64,000 bases of DNA from Lingula anatina (lineage: Eukaryota > Animalia > Brachiopoda), in the NCBI GenBank assembly GCA_051362555.1, contig CM120642.1, positions 25,172,001 through 25,236,000 on the forward strand, written 5' to 3'. Below are positions 39,150 through 52,453 of the stretch, in pieces; position 1 is the first letter of the stretch, and each line of letters begins with the position of its first letter. The notes under the pieces were generated by a model. That model did no database searches, was not told where the DNA came from, and saw only the letters and a program-made list of their open reading frames with translations. The translations under genes were made by a program, and so were the position numbers.

Positions 39150-40613
39150 ATGAAATCGACCAAAGAAATCGGTGTCTTCATTGCTATTGTGTTCTTGGGT
39201 GCACTCCCAGCCTGTTTTTGTGGTGAGTTAAATGTCAAACAGAAGCAAGATCCAGCTTTTGATATTTATATATATATTTTGGCGTTTTAAACAAATAGAC
39301 TTAAGTATTCAAAGCGGAAATTATTGAAAAGACATAGCGTCTTAACATAATTAAGTATTCTTACTCGCTATCCCTTTCTAACAAGATTTGGAATTAATTC
39401 AATTTTCTTCAAAAGCGTTTCTTACCTGAAATCTGTTGAATATTTTACAGGCTGTGGAACCAAGTTGGATGTGGCATTTTTGGTGGACGAGTCAGGTAGT
39501 GTTGGACGTTTCGATTTTGAAAATGTTAAAGCGTTTATGCTAGACGTAGTCAATTCATCATTCGACGTAGGACCAAACAAAACGCGTGTTGCACTAATAA
39601 CTTTCTCCAGCGGGTACAGAGTGAAATTTAGGTTGAACGAACTTGACACGAAAGAGGCAGTTCTTGCAAAAATTAAGGATGTTGATTACTTAGGCGGGTC
39701 CACGGAAACTTACGTAGCCATTAGAATAGCGCACCAGGCTTACCTCAATGCGCGCAAACCTCTAGGAGCAAGAGCAGACGCAAACCAGATCGCTATAATC
39801 ATTACAGATGGCGCCTCCAATAACGCTGCTTTAACAAAGAACGAAGCGGACTTGGCAAAACAACAAGGCATTGAAATGTATGCCGTCGCAATTGGTACCA
39901 AAATCAGTCACCGAGAGCTAAGCACCATGGCAAGTGCACCGATAGACAAACACGTTTTTGTTGCTGACGACTTTCAAAAGCTAGGAGAGTTAAGCGGTTC
40001 GTTTTCGGATGTGGGATGCACAGATTTAGGGCCTACAAAGGGAAGCATGTCTACTGTCGTGGTTACTATTAGAAGCGAGACAAAGCCAAGCTTTACAATG
40101 CCCACAAGCGTACCTTTTGCCACACCATCAGCGACACCTTTGAGGGTGTCTCTCACACGAGAACGCCAAACCTCATACAGCACCACAACCACATCGCTAG
40201 ATCTGCAACGTCAATCAACTGCAGGCAATGGCACCTCAACGCCCACGCCATTGGCATCTGACGGAACGGTTACGGCTGCACCCAACGCAACTCGGTTAAG
40301 CACCAAATCAGCGGGTTACGACAAAGTCGAAGATGGGCAAGACAACTTTGAAGGATCAATTGACCGAGACAAATTAGACCAAGCAGTTGGGGCCGGTGTG
40401 CAGAAATTTCTTTCGATGTCAAACCCTGTAGTTCAGATCATGGTTGGCGCCGGGACAGCGTTCCTTGCTGCAGTGGGGGTTCTTGCCTGTTGCCTACTAA
40501 TTTTCTTCTTAAAGAAGCGCCGCCCTAGGGTCACTCCAGAGGATGATGATGAAGATGAAAACGAAGACACGAAGTCTAAACCGTCACCGAAAGCAGCATG
40601 GGCTTCATTTTAA
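39150..40613 (+). CDS. Single von Willebrand factor A domain type I membrane protein with Thr/Ser-rich stalk
   Basis: Exon 1 39150-39222 encodes a signal peptide (MKSTKEIGVFIAIVFLGALPACFC). Exon 2 39451-40613: DVAFLVDESGS (MIDAS DxSxS), RVALITFS, GGST, IIITDG, mucin-like stalk, TM IMVGAGTAFLAAVGVLACCLLIFFL, tail KKRRPRVTP. AATAAA at about 41095. Confidence 0.92.
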
Positions 40614-41481
40614 AGTAAAATGGAAATTTTCAGATAAAACAATTGCGTGTATAGCGCTAAAGGATGCTGGCATTTCACTGCGAAATATTCTAGTGACTTG
40701 CTTATGCAGTAAAATATATTTTTATAGATTCAATAAGACTATAGGCACATTGACATTTTTGTATCTACTGTTTTTTTTTCTTTTAGATGTTAGAAATGAA
40801 ACCATCTCAAGTGTGAAATGTGCATATCTTAGCGTCAACATTGGAATATGTACTTTCCGACCCTTTCTTTTCTTCGAACTTTTTCCTTATCATGACGATT
40901 TGATTTTCCTTAGAGTCTTGCTTGTAACACGGTGAATTATTGCCATAGCATTCAATTTACATGAAGTTCACGATAGTTAAACAGCACAAGGAAAATGTAG
41001 AAAACGCTACTTTGTATCCTCATTTCGACTCCTAATCATAACATCTCGTAACTTTTCTAAACCACTGCTACCGCCATTCTATATGTAAAACATAAATAAA
41101 TAAAGCTTATTTCTTAAAAGAGATCAACACTGTGATTATGGTGAATCTTCATATGTAAATAATGAAACGAATAGTCGAATCACGTGTTAAACCCAACTCA
41201 AACGGTTTCACCGATGTCAAAATAATAAACCTTCCATCCCGAGAGGTGGCACAGCAATACCATGCCTGTATCACCTTGTTGAAATAACTTAATCGTTTTG
41301 TCAATGATAGAACTGCCTAGGGGACCTTAGTAAAGACACGTAGCTGCGGTACATTATCTCAAGTATGCAAATAGTACTACCAGGCATCCTTTTTTGTTAT
41401 TGAAAATCTAATTCCAGATACAATGGACATTTGCTTGCTATGAGTCTTGACCGACTGCAATATTCCGTTGCCGTTAGGTAA

Positions 41482-42032
41482 CAGGCCTACCCAACTACCA
41501 GACTCGGCACCTAAGGATCCTGAATTAACTGGTATATCGGGCCACACTACCCGTTTTCAAGGTGTGTGTCAAATCGCATTTCGGAGTATCATACCCCAGA
41601 ATAAATTTTGTAGCACGACTGCGGGCTCATCCACGCTCGGCTGAACAACCTTAAACTGTACTCTTACTTTAGAGTACTCTATTTTATTGTCTCTTTGGGG
41701 ATATATGGGGACTTAACGACATTCGGTTTGAATGTTTTAACCACTTTTGATAGGGCTTTTTTGCATTGTATTAGATTAATGTGGCAGTCTAAGGTTCATC
41801 TAGGTGGCTTTCAAAATTATGAACCCGGTTTTAAAATCATATAGCGATTTTACGACAATCGTTTACTATCCAATCAAGGTGACAGCCGAGCATGTCAGGG
41901 CTCATCCTGTCGGTGTTCTGGCTGATACTCCGAAATGCGATCTGACACACACCTTGAAAACGGGTAGTGTGGTCCGATATACCGGTTAATTCAGGATCCT
42001 TAGGTGCCGAGTCTGGTAGTTGGGTAGGCCTG
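41482..42032. mobile_element. Non-autonomous DNA transposon with 109-bp TIRs and 5-bp TSD
   Basis: 41482-41590 is a near-perfect reverse complement of 41924-42032 (CAGGCCTACCCAACTACCAGACTCGG..); GGTAA directly flanks both ends. Confidence 0.9.
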
Positions 42033-43165
42033 GGTAAGATAATGAATAAGCAAACGTATTGAAGAAAATGAGGTTTTTGACAACCAGTTTCTGGACGCCC
42101 AGGCCCTGTAATAAAAAAAGAAGCCCTTTGATATTAAGTACGACCTTGGCATCATTGCCACCCATGTGCTAATGGTGCCACTATGGAACAATATGTCTGT
42201 TGTTACACCCACTGTTTACTTTTTGACAACCTTTAAACCTTATGTATGTAATATTGGTTAACGACCATTAGAGTTATCTATGAGATAGATATATAAATGT
42301 ATGGTCGGCTTAATGCTATGGTCACGACTTTGCCAACTAAATGTTTCTCTCGCGCGGAGGAGATATACGTACAAATAAATAAATATAAGCTTTAGCAGCC
42401 CTGTGAATTACTAATAAAATGATAATTATTATTTGAAATAATATGGAAAATACATGTATTTAGGCCTATGTACTGCATTACACATATTGAATACCCTTTA
42501 TACACTTCGCTACTTTAGAAAACATACAAACCTTTTACCTTAGTTGATAGCAATCTGACGAAACAAAGAGCAAAATTAAAACGGGGAACTCATTATTTCA
42601 GATTTCTCCATAGGCAAAATCATATAAAAATGAGCAACAGTAGGCATTTTTCCTTCTTTGTATGGACGGGGAAGATGCACCAAACGATTTTGTACAATGG
42701 CGTATGTTTGATACACAGTTATAAAGCGGACTATAGCTAGTATGCTGCAAGTTAGATCAAGAAACACGAAGACAACGTATTGAGCAGCTAAATTTAATGT
42801 CACGAAGTTTTGAAATGCAGTTCGTAAGGATCATGCGTTATTTTAAAAGATTAATGGTAGTTTCGAATATGAGCATGATTTTAGGTTGAATTGTGCAAAA
42901 CTTATAACGTCGAGTGAATGCACTTGAAAAAATTACGTACTGCAGCGCTGTAAGTTCCCTTGACTACACGTCCTAGGCTCATGATTGAAGCTAGGGAATT
43001 TAAATCCACCGTCAACCAAACATCACTGCACCTGAATGCTTCTTATATAATGCGTATCTAAACTGATTAATAATATCTATTGGTAAATATTATAGTCGAT
43101 AACCCTGACTCAAGACCTTAATCGCTGTCTTGTGGAGTGGTTATCCCCCAACCGACACCTTGCCG

Positions 43166-43172
43166 TATAAAT
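43166..43172 (+). promoter_or_regulatory. TATA box of the WSC gene
   Basis: TATAAAT about 54 bp upstream of ATG 43220. Confidence 0.5.
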
Positions 43173-43219
43173 GGAGCACGACGAAGATTTGCGCAGATTC
43201 AGCAAGTTAGCGTCGCAAG

Positions 43220-43656
43220 ATGAGGCCTACGTTAATCACTTTGGCATGTGTGGCTCTGCTGCAGGTAAAAATGCTCAAATACAAGTTCTTGAAGTTTTTT
43301 GCTTTGTATTTAGCTTAAAGATTTTATAAGAGGAAGGAGAGAGAGCAGTTTAAATCATCTTTTCATCGCGAAAGAAACTTTTAAAAGGGGACAAACTACA
43401 TGAACTTTACAGAGAATTTTTAACATGCGCTTGTGAGAATATTCCGGGAGCGCAGGTGGGGGAAATGGGGGTGATTTAGGAAAAGAGTGTCATAAACTTT
43501 GAAGATTTAGACTCTCGGTCGTAAGCAATTTGAACTTTTTCGAAACAATGTATCTCATAATTTTGCTTGTTTTAGTTTTGTGCAGCTGCCCCGGCGGATG
43601 AGCCTGAGGTTAGCAAAGGTATGTAAGTAATGGAAAAGTATTCACACGTAGGCTTC

Positions 43657-43733
<77 letters not shown>

Positions 43734-44741
43734 TAATAAAATACTTCCCTTATTGAGGAATAGAATCAGACTTAAGTGATTTGCAATCGTTATTGAGCAC
43801 AAAAGGTTGAGGTGGCTACTGAGTAATAGTTCTAACAGTTTTTTTTAAATTAGAAAATAAAAATACTGTGTTGATTATTTCAGTAATGCCTGGCGGCTTA
43901 GGGTGCTTCACTGACGCTAAGAAATCGGAGGACAAAATATTTCAACGCGATACTAAATGGGAAGCTAACGATCTCACAGTAGAGAAGTAAGTACCAGTGC
44001 ACAGACGTGCTGCATATTCCTTTGAAAAGAAATGTGAAGGTACTAGAGAACGTTAGATTTTGATGGGACCTGGAATGTAAAATTTCGAAAGGTTCAAAAA
44101 AGATATGAATCGTTTGAAATATAAAATCTCATATAAAAAACGTCTAAAGATGCTAAAATGAAGGTCACAGTGTAGCATCGAAAATGATAGCTTATCTGCT
44201 ATAAATAAACAAGCTTGTGGTGCTAACTAAAAATACCCCGAGGCGATAATGGCCTCGGCTTAAAAAATGATTAAAATTACGACCTTTAGACCTGTTTAGT
44301 CAGAGACAAAGATGCACAAATCTGAAGACATCATCATCCACGACATGACATAAAATATCCTTAGATGTGATTCTTGTTGTATCTGTCGAGAATATCTGGT
44401 ATGGCAAGCACAATCACACGCAATGCGGTAACACTGACGCAATCAATTTAAAGCAGTCGCAACTAACGCAATGTGGAGAAGTAGCTAATTCGCAATTTGG
44501 AATACTAGTCTTCTCTTCAAATTTAAATTCAGTTCTCCCTCAAGGCGGATAGAAATCCAAGACATGGACCCCGACCAGAGCTAGTGCCGTACGCATAAGT
44601 TCCCACTGTAAAAGTGTTCCTCATGCTACAAACACGCGGTCTGCAATTACACCGCCTTCATGCGGTGTGAAGTGTGATGGTGTGTTATAACTGGTTGTTT
44701 TATAATACACTATATGCGTTTTAAACTAAGTTGTTGTTGTT

Positions 44742-44785
<44 letters not shown>

Positions 44786-46211
44786 CAAAAATTCCTTCAT
44801 GGCTACATCCCCTTCCGAATGCAGCCGTCCAAAAGGCTGACAACCCCTGCTAAAAAGTGGTTAGAGTCGATATGTCCTAGTGAAACGCCAGGCATGGTCT
44901 AAACAGTCTTAATAAATCATAATTCATTTACAACTAAGTTCTTGAATCAGAAATGTGCAAAACTTTAACTAGAAGCTTTTTCGAGGAAAATTAGATTGTT
45001 TTATCTATGGATTACGAATTTTTGAACCTCTAGATGGTGAGTGCTCGTTAAGGAGATAGGCCCTACCATAAGGGGGGGGGGGGTGTCCATCTGGTATGTC
45101 CCAGTCAGGATCGCATGAACAACTGTCGACTCCACTGGCTATCACATCAGCCAACCAATTGGTCAGAGATAATGTAAAAACAACGAGAAACAATTACAAA
45201 TATTTCATATAAGAAGAGCATGACTTCGGTCTCACTTAATATTATTGGTTTATTTAATCTCAGATGCCTTGCGTACTGCCAGGCTCTAAAGATGGAGCTA
45301 GCAGGGCTTCACGACGAGGACGAGTGCTGGTGTGGTATGAAGTCAGAGAAGATGGCCACCGTTCTGCAAGCAAGTGACAGGTGCAGGGCCAAGTGCGAGG
45401 GCAACGGCGAACAGATATGTGGCGGTGAAAGCAAGAGGGTGTTCTCTGTGTACGATGGTAACTATACACAGTCTCATATACTCTGTGCAATATTTATTAA
45501 CATAATGGACAGACCCCCACCTTCAACGGTGCATGGTCTCAAGAGAAGAGACGCCCACTTCACTCACGCTTTTTAAAAGAGTTTGTCAGTATTTAGATAT
45601 CTTCTTTGTTCCCATATATCATCCCCACTGATAATGTCGTTTTTTATTATTTTTCAGTTGCGGTGAGCGCACTTAGCGCAAAACTTCCAAGTAAGTTGAG
45701 ACTCTTAGGCATATGACAAATTCTACTCTGTGTGGTATCAGTAGAAATTAAATAATCTATCTGAGGCATTGTGGTATCAATAGATGTTTGAGTTAATCAG
45801 TAAATACATGCGTCGGTAAATATACATTTTTTACGCCTGTGATATACACGTAGCTGCACAGACGAGCAGTCAATACGACGGTCAGACGGGCAAAGCAACA
45901 AACAGACAGGCTTGCGACTACAAACAACAAGTGTATCTCTAGCGCTTCTATATCTGAAATACCACTGTGAAATATTTCTGTACATGTGTCATTCCCAGCC
46001 ATCACCTGTGCCGACATCAGCAGCTTCGGATTCACGGGGAAGACCAGCGTCAACCAGGAGATGAAGGGCTTCTTCTTCCAGGGAGACAGTGTTAAGTACT
46101 ACTGCTCCGATGGAACCACCAGGGTTGGGGTTTACAAAGCCAAGTGTAAACTCGGCGAGGACGGCAATGTGGCCTGGAGTGCACCAGCTCCAAAGTGTGA
46201 AGGTATAGAGA

Positions 46212-46267
<56 letters not shown>

Positions 46268-47699
46268 ATAATGTACATTTAGATGTTCTGTTTTATTCAT
46301 CTATGTTTCTTCTTGCCTGTCTAAAATCAAGGTCACACCCCTCATTGTGTTGGACCTTGACTTATAGTTAAAACACGTAGAACTGTTTGGTGAAACGACG
46401 TTCAAAAGTGGCAGATACGTGCGTATTTGATGTTGCTTGAACATTTTGATAGCTTTTGCTCTTTTTTTCAGACATCAGCGGATACGTGGGTTGTTTCGCC
46501 GAGGAAGATGTCGCCGCGTCCTTGAAATCTGACAAATTAGAAAAGGAATCCATGACGGTGGAATTTTGCCTCAAGTTTTGTGATCAGAAGGGACATGGAC
46601 TGGCTGGTAAGAAATCCGATACACAATGAGGCTAGATAATTGTTTGTTTGTTTGTTTGTTTGTTTTGTTTTGTGAGTAGGACAAAACACGCGTCCCTGAA
46701 AATTTAATTATAGCATTAAAGTTGCAATGGTCGTGACACACAAATCATCGTCGTAGTTATGGTATCTTTTTTGTTGCTATAGTAAGGGATGCACATACCC
46801 CCCCCCCTCCCCCTTATGGCAACTTTTCTCTAGTTCTGTATTTCTTTGGGGAAAGATCCAGGCGAAAATGCCTGGTACACACAGTAAAGTTTCACTTCGA
46901 AAATTAAAAGCCTTACTAGTGTGCGAAGGTTTTCAACTAACCAACTTCTAAACGCACTGCTTTCATTCTAAGACACACGTGGCCTATCTGTATATACATG
47001 ATACAATGATGAGCTAAGATATATGTATCGGGCATAGGTGTACGGTGTCTCTTATCATTTTCTCAGGTCTGAAGGACGGTAATGAGTGTTACTGTGGCAA
47101 CGAGCTGATAAAGTCAACTCTGCGCCCTGGCAAATGCTCCGACACCTGTTCTGGCAACCGGAACCAAATCTGTGGCGACGATGACGAGTTTTCTCTATAT
47201 ACAGGTAAAAAAAATGATAAATTAAACTTAATGACATTCCACTGTTTTGAAAGATGCTGATCACAATTTTCTATGATAACTAGGGTACTGTTGATTAAGT
47301 CACTGTATCAACCAACGTTTTACCATATGATTTGAATCAATATTTGAATAAAAGCATGTTTTCTATGCGTGTGGAAGAACAGTGATTGAGTATGCGTTAC
47401 GTGTGAGATACTTGTACATACCGAGAGAAAGTACTTGCATTTCACCGAAAAACATCCTTTTAACCGAATCAAACGCATTTCGCCACGGACACATAACATC
47501 TCTAAGTAAGTGTTTCAGATACCATTGTGATGAAACGGGTATGAATTGGAGATCGTTAAAACCTGTCAGATAGCAGAGTAGTCGAAAATATTTCCTCAAT
47601 AAGTTATATATTTTATGTTTCATTTTAGTCGGAGACAGCGGATCTGGTGGTTCCGGCGACTCCAAAATCCCAGAGGTTCCTCCAGTGATCATTGGCTAA
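43220..47699 (+). CDS. Secreted WSC-Sushi(CCP)-WSC domain protein
   Basis: Exons 43220-43264, 43576-43618 (signal peptide), 43884-43986 (LGCFTD..LTVEK), 45264-45457 (CLAYC..ECWCG..CEGNGEQICGG..SVY, WSC), 45658-45690, 45999-46202 (Sushi, GDSVKYYC..WSAPAPKCE), 46472-46606 (YVGCF..MTVEFCLKFC), 47067-47204 (GNECYCGN..CSGNRNQICG), 47629-47699 (GDSGSGGSG..VIIG*). Phases are consistent. Confidence 0.9.
43662..43734. repeat. Compound (CA)n(GA)n microsatellite
   Basis: Direct reading; a similar (TG)n(AG)n lies at 46215-46265. Confidence 0.95.
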
Positions 47700-48892
47700 A
47701 AGGCACAAACAGATGGGAGAGAGAGAGAGACCTAACAATAACTACAGCACTTGCGAAACTGACATAGAACTTCATAGGACCAAAATTACAGGAACATTCT
47801 ACGTTTTTTATAATTATTCTGAAGTAAATAATAAAGAAACAAATGCAAAGAATGAGGAGTTGTATCTTATAGTATAAATAATTTACATATGATGGATAAT
47901 AATGCAATTTTGACTGATAACTAAAGGGAAATATATTCTTTCTGTATTCTGATATCTTTTTTAAACGTGTCTTGTTAGGTGAGAAAGCATAAAATCTCCA
48001 AAGGGCCAATGAATACCATGTAAAATATCCAAAAAGACTTGTGGACAAATATCTAAAATCATGGCAAACTTGAAAACGTTCTAATTTTTGGGGAGGGGCG
48101 CAAAGATATCCTTTTCGGTTTCGCAATTTCCTCCTGGCGCGGAACAGCTTTGAAAATAATGACTACATCGATGTAAAGTTATTCAAATTAATTTTGATAC
48201 AGCTAGATGTTTCAGTGGGTATTCTTACAAAGAGTCTTCTACTAGAACATATGCGTTTTATTAACCACCTCACGTTCATAAAACTTAGCTAAGCAAAATA
48301 AATGCACGTAAATTGTATATTACATATATGAAGCTGGAAAACGGATGTGAAATACGCCTCCATTAGCGTGGCGACAAAAGGTGTGCATTAACGGCTACAG
48401 GTCTACGGATTCAGCCGCCATTACGCCGGGAGCTCTGATAATGCTGCAAGCTAAAGCAGGTGGAAAAGGCTTCGAGCTAAGGACATTAAAGCTAGCGTTT
48501 CGCCGTGCCAAATGCCTGCGATAATTAAAAGAGAAATAAATCGAATTTTATAACTGAACCAATGAAAGTACATTTGTTATATGCCTAATTAAACAGCATA
48601 CCTTCTGTGCAAGTTGTTTTTATTACTGCCCTCTGTATATTGCCGGGCTAAACAGTACAATTGTAGGAAACAGAAAGAAACACAGACTACCAATTTACGA
48701 TTCATGGTGAAAACAAAAACAGCTGGGTGGAATCTCTAGTGAGCTGGGTGGCAAATCATTAATTGAACAACGGCATGAGTACACGAGGTTTTCAAAGTGC
48801 CTGACAACAAAAAATTTATATCTATTGCCAGATTATATTCATACTGCTAGGCTATATTTTAGAACCCACAGAATCGAGCGGGACAGCCAAGT

Positions 48893-50717
48893 ATGGAGTC
48901 AACAGGCCTTCTAGCTATCTGGAAGTTAGCTATTCTCAGCCGTATTCTCTGTACAGTACTTGCACAGTCGGAGACATTTAACAGTCGTAGACCAACATTT
49001 AGTCACTACAGCAGGTATGACTACGAGAGTGAGACATACAGCAGCTCGCCTCGCCATGGATACCAACAAGACTCCGGTTGGGAAGGCCCAGCCTATGGCA
49101 ACCGTAACTATGGAAACCAACACGGGTATAGGCGGTATGGAAACCAACACAGTTCTGGCTATAGTCGGGGTCGACATGGGGACGGGGATGGTTATGGCCA
49201 CAGTCAACACCACGGTTACCAGGGATCCAATCTTGAAAATGATGGATACGACCGCCAGTCCGGACACAGTCGTAGAAGATATGGCAATTCGGACAATCAT
49301 GACTCGCCGTATGGTCATCATCAACGTAGCCATGGTGACTATTCATCCGATTATAACAATCAACAACGTAACCATGGATACCGTGATATCAATCGCCATG
49401 GTGATTATTCTACTGGGCATTCTGATAACTATGGTGACGACCGCGGCTCCAATCATGGCTATAGAAACCGCGGTCACGGTAGCCGTGGTCATTCCAGTTA
49501 CGATGACCACGAGCTCGGTTTGAAAGAATTGCTGTTCATCAAGGCATCAAAATTCTACGAACTCTTAAACAAGTACAACGTGACTGATATACTAGAATAT
49601 GGCAGTGGTAAGTAGATTCTCTAGAGTCTGAACATTTGGTCTTTGTGTCATGTTTATTTTATGCAATTATCCAATGGTCATAGCTTTTCCTTGTCAATAG
49701 TTTATTTCAGCGTTCTTGTTTGTGAACAAGTAGGATGTATATATAAAAAGGGTGACTGGTGTATGTCAATCGTACATAGTATATCATGAGTTAAAATACA
49801 AACAGATAAATAAATTGTGATAAAATATATAGAGTATCTTCAATAAGTCTAGAAAATCATTGGTACAAAAGATAATAAATTGCATTATAAGTTGAATTCA
49901 TTACTTAAAATATAAATAAAATATTTCTGAATTAGACCAGCTATTCTATTGTCACTGTTGTCTACCTACTGGGCAGGACCTTACACTGTATTCGCACCCA
50001 GTGACTATTGCTTCGCTAAGCTGTCCGATGAGACACGTGATCAGCTCTGGAATGTCACTAACTCGGACACGGTGGACAACATCACGGCTCTGTTAAAGCA
50101 ACATTTTGTGTCCGGCATTCTGGGATACGACGAGCTGAAGAACGACGCTAGCTATCACACTCTGGCTGGAACAAAACTGCGAATTAATGTATACCACGAG
50201 GTAAGAGGGAGCCAGTTGCTGTTATCACAATTGGTGCCAGCTGATCCTGCGTTAGACGTACCAAGATCGATCTAGCAGGATCAACCCATCCTCGAGGAGT
50301 TTCTCGCTAAATTGCATTCAGATTAAGCGACTTTGATGTCTGATACGCCTACTGAAGCTGTTAGGAGTAATTTCAATTAAAACTTTCGTTTAGCAACTTC
50401 AGTAGGTGTGCTAGACATCTAAGCCACTAAAGCTGAATGCAATTTAGCGAGAAACCCCTCGGAGAGGGGCCGATCCTGCTAGATCGATCCAGGTATGGGA
50501 ACGGGGTCTTTGTTTGTGGGTCTTCTGTATTTTAAGAGCATGTTGATTACATTAAATTAAAAGCATTATAAGAATAGAATTATATGATTTTGTGTTTAAA
50601 CCTTAGCCAGATTCTCTATGGTAACAATCTTTTTATTTATAGATGTCTGATTTGACATGATAGAGTGTCAACTTATCTGAAGAGCCTGCCTGATTATAAT
50701 AATAATTATTATTATTA

Positions 50718-50755
<38 letters not shown>

Positions 50756-52453
50756 TGAGGCGCCTGACTTCTCTATTGGTTTTCAAGTATATTTCAACCT
50801 TTCTCATTATCCCCCACAGCAAACCTATGTGTCCGGATCCCGGATTAAGGACAGCTGGAAGGCTAAGAACGGGAAGGTCCACCAGGTAGACTGTCTCCTG
50901 TGTCTACCCGTTGACCTGGAGACTGTGGATAACGACACCGCCGCAGACTGGGATATAACGACCGGTCTGCAGTTGCTGAACCTAACGGATTTGCTTTCAG
51001 GTATGGAACGATGTTTGTGTGAAAAGAATACACCTATTTAAAAGCACGTAAAAAAGGGTGGAAATCGTTTAAATGTTCTACGCAACAACACCTATTTTAC
51101 ACATTTTTCTTGTATCGATAGCCTACATTTTGATATCGCGCGTTTTTTTTCCCTGTTTTTTAACTTGAATATAATAACATTTTAACAATGCACATGCGGT
51201 TCATAAGTACTGTTATGTTGGCAAACCTGAAGTGTCAGTTGTCAATTTTTTTCTCTTTCTCTCTCTAGATCACAGTTCACATCACAGCAGTAGTTATGGT
51301 TACGGTCACCATGGCCACGGCTTTGGAGGGTGTACCCTATTTATCCCCAGTGATGCTGCCTTCGAGGAGCTGGGGGAGGAAGTGGTGGACAGGTTGACCA
51401 ATGACACTGACCTCCTCAATGGTACATAGGCTCTAGTTAACTCTTGGTATCATATTCCTGTTTGATGCTTATGACAAATAAAATTTATGTTTTAGAAAAG
51501 ACGTAGACTTTATTTAAGATTTAAACCATTTCTGTGATAAATTTCAAACCTTCGGAACCGCGAAAATTAATTGCAGTTTAAGCCTTTATCTGTCTTTCCA
51601 GACCTCTTAAAGTGTAGCAAGGTGTTGCAGACGATCTTTAAGAAAGGATTCTACAAAAAACAAGAATTGAAGACGAAATGTGGTCTCTCGCTGTGGGTGA
51701 ATAAACTGTGTAAGCAGCCAAAATTTCATCTATAGAGAATACAAGTATATGGACTGAAGCAAACCCAAAATTATTTTGTCTAATCACGACGGTTGTTACC
51801 ATTCGCTCAACCTCTAGGGATTGTATTCACTACCATCATCATTTGAACCGCGTGCACGTGATCAGCTAAGGTTTTTTTTTCGAATATGGTTCCTGTATAT
51901 ATAGTTTAAATGGGTTTAATTTGCAATACCATGTGAACTTTTAAAATATGTTCTAAGAAACTGGTTGTGTAACTGGTTTGCTATAGTGATAATGGCTGGC
52001 TTAATGTGATATTACTGCCTTTTTAGAATACTATATTTATCACTGGAAATAGGTTAAAACCATAGCACGCTGCTCAATAACCAACTTGGCAATTTAAAGC
52101 TCTCTGTTCTTGGAGTAGAAGATTACTTCCCGCTATTCCATACATTTGTTCTTTATTTAATGTCTAACATTTCATTCAACCACCGTCACTACCAATTTGC
52201 ATTCATGTCTCTTTTAGATAACGGAACTATAACTGTAAACGGAGCGCAACTGACCACCACTGACATATGCACCACCAGCGGAGTGATCCACGTCATTGAT
52301 CGTCTGTTAATTCCACCCGATTTGTTCCCGGCTGTTTTCGGATGGCCGGAGTTACCCGAGGCATATCGAGATCAGTTTCGTCATGTGTGCGGTTATGACA
52401 ATTCAACATATGATGACCATCACACTCTGAAGACTTCGAACTATGGACATTGA
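48893..52453 (+). CDS. Secreted protein with His/Gly/Tyr/Arg/Ser-rich N-terminus and two fasciclin (FAS1) domains
   Basis: Exons 48893-49607 (signal peptide, low-complexity region, FAS1 start), 49977-50200 (GPYTVFAPSD..LLKQHFV..TLAG), 50820-51000 (AKNGKVHQVDCLL), 51269-51421 (CTLFIPSDAAF), 51602-51709, 52218-52453 (TVNGAQL..SGVIHVIDRLLIP). Both H1 (TVFAPxD) and H2 (NGxxHxID) FAS1 motifs occur twice. Confidence 0.92.
50254..50509. mobile_element. Palindromic MITE, family A (intron of the FAS1 gene)
   Basis: GATCGATCTAGCAGGATC..TTTCTCGCTAAATTGCATTCAG and the inverted CTGAATGCAATTTAGCGAGAAA..GATCCTGCTAGATCGATC. Confidence 0.85.
50694..50752. repeat. (AAT)n/(TAT)n microsatellite
   Basis: Direct reading. 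Confidence 0.9.

Noticed and set aside
48926-49523. Several long overlapping ORFs on both strands over FAS1 gene exon 1
   Set aside because: Expected from low-complexity, stop-poor codon usage; only the 48893 frame has a signal peptide and splices to FAS1.
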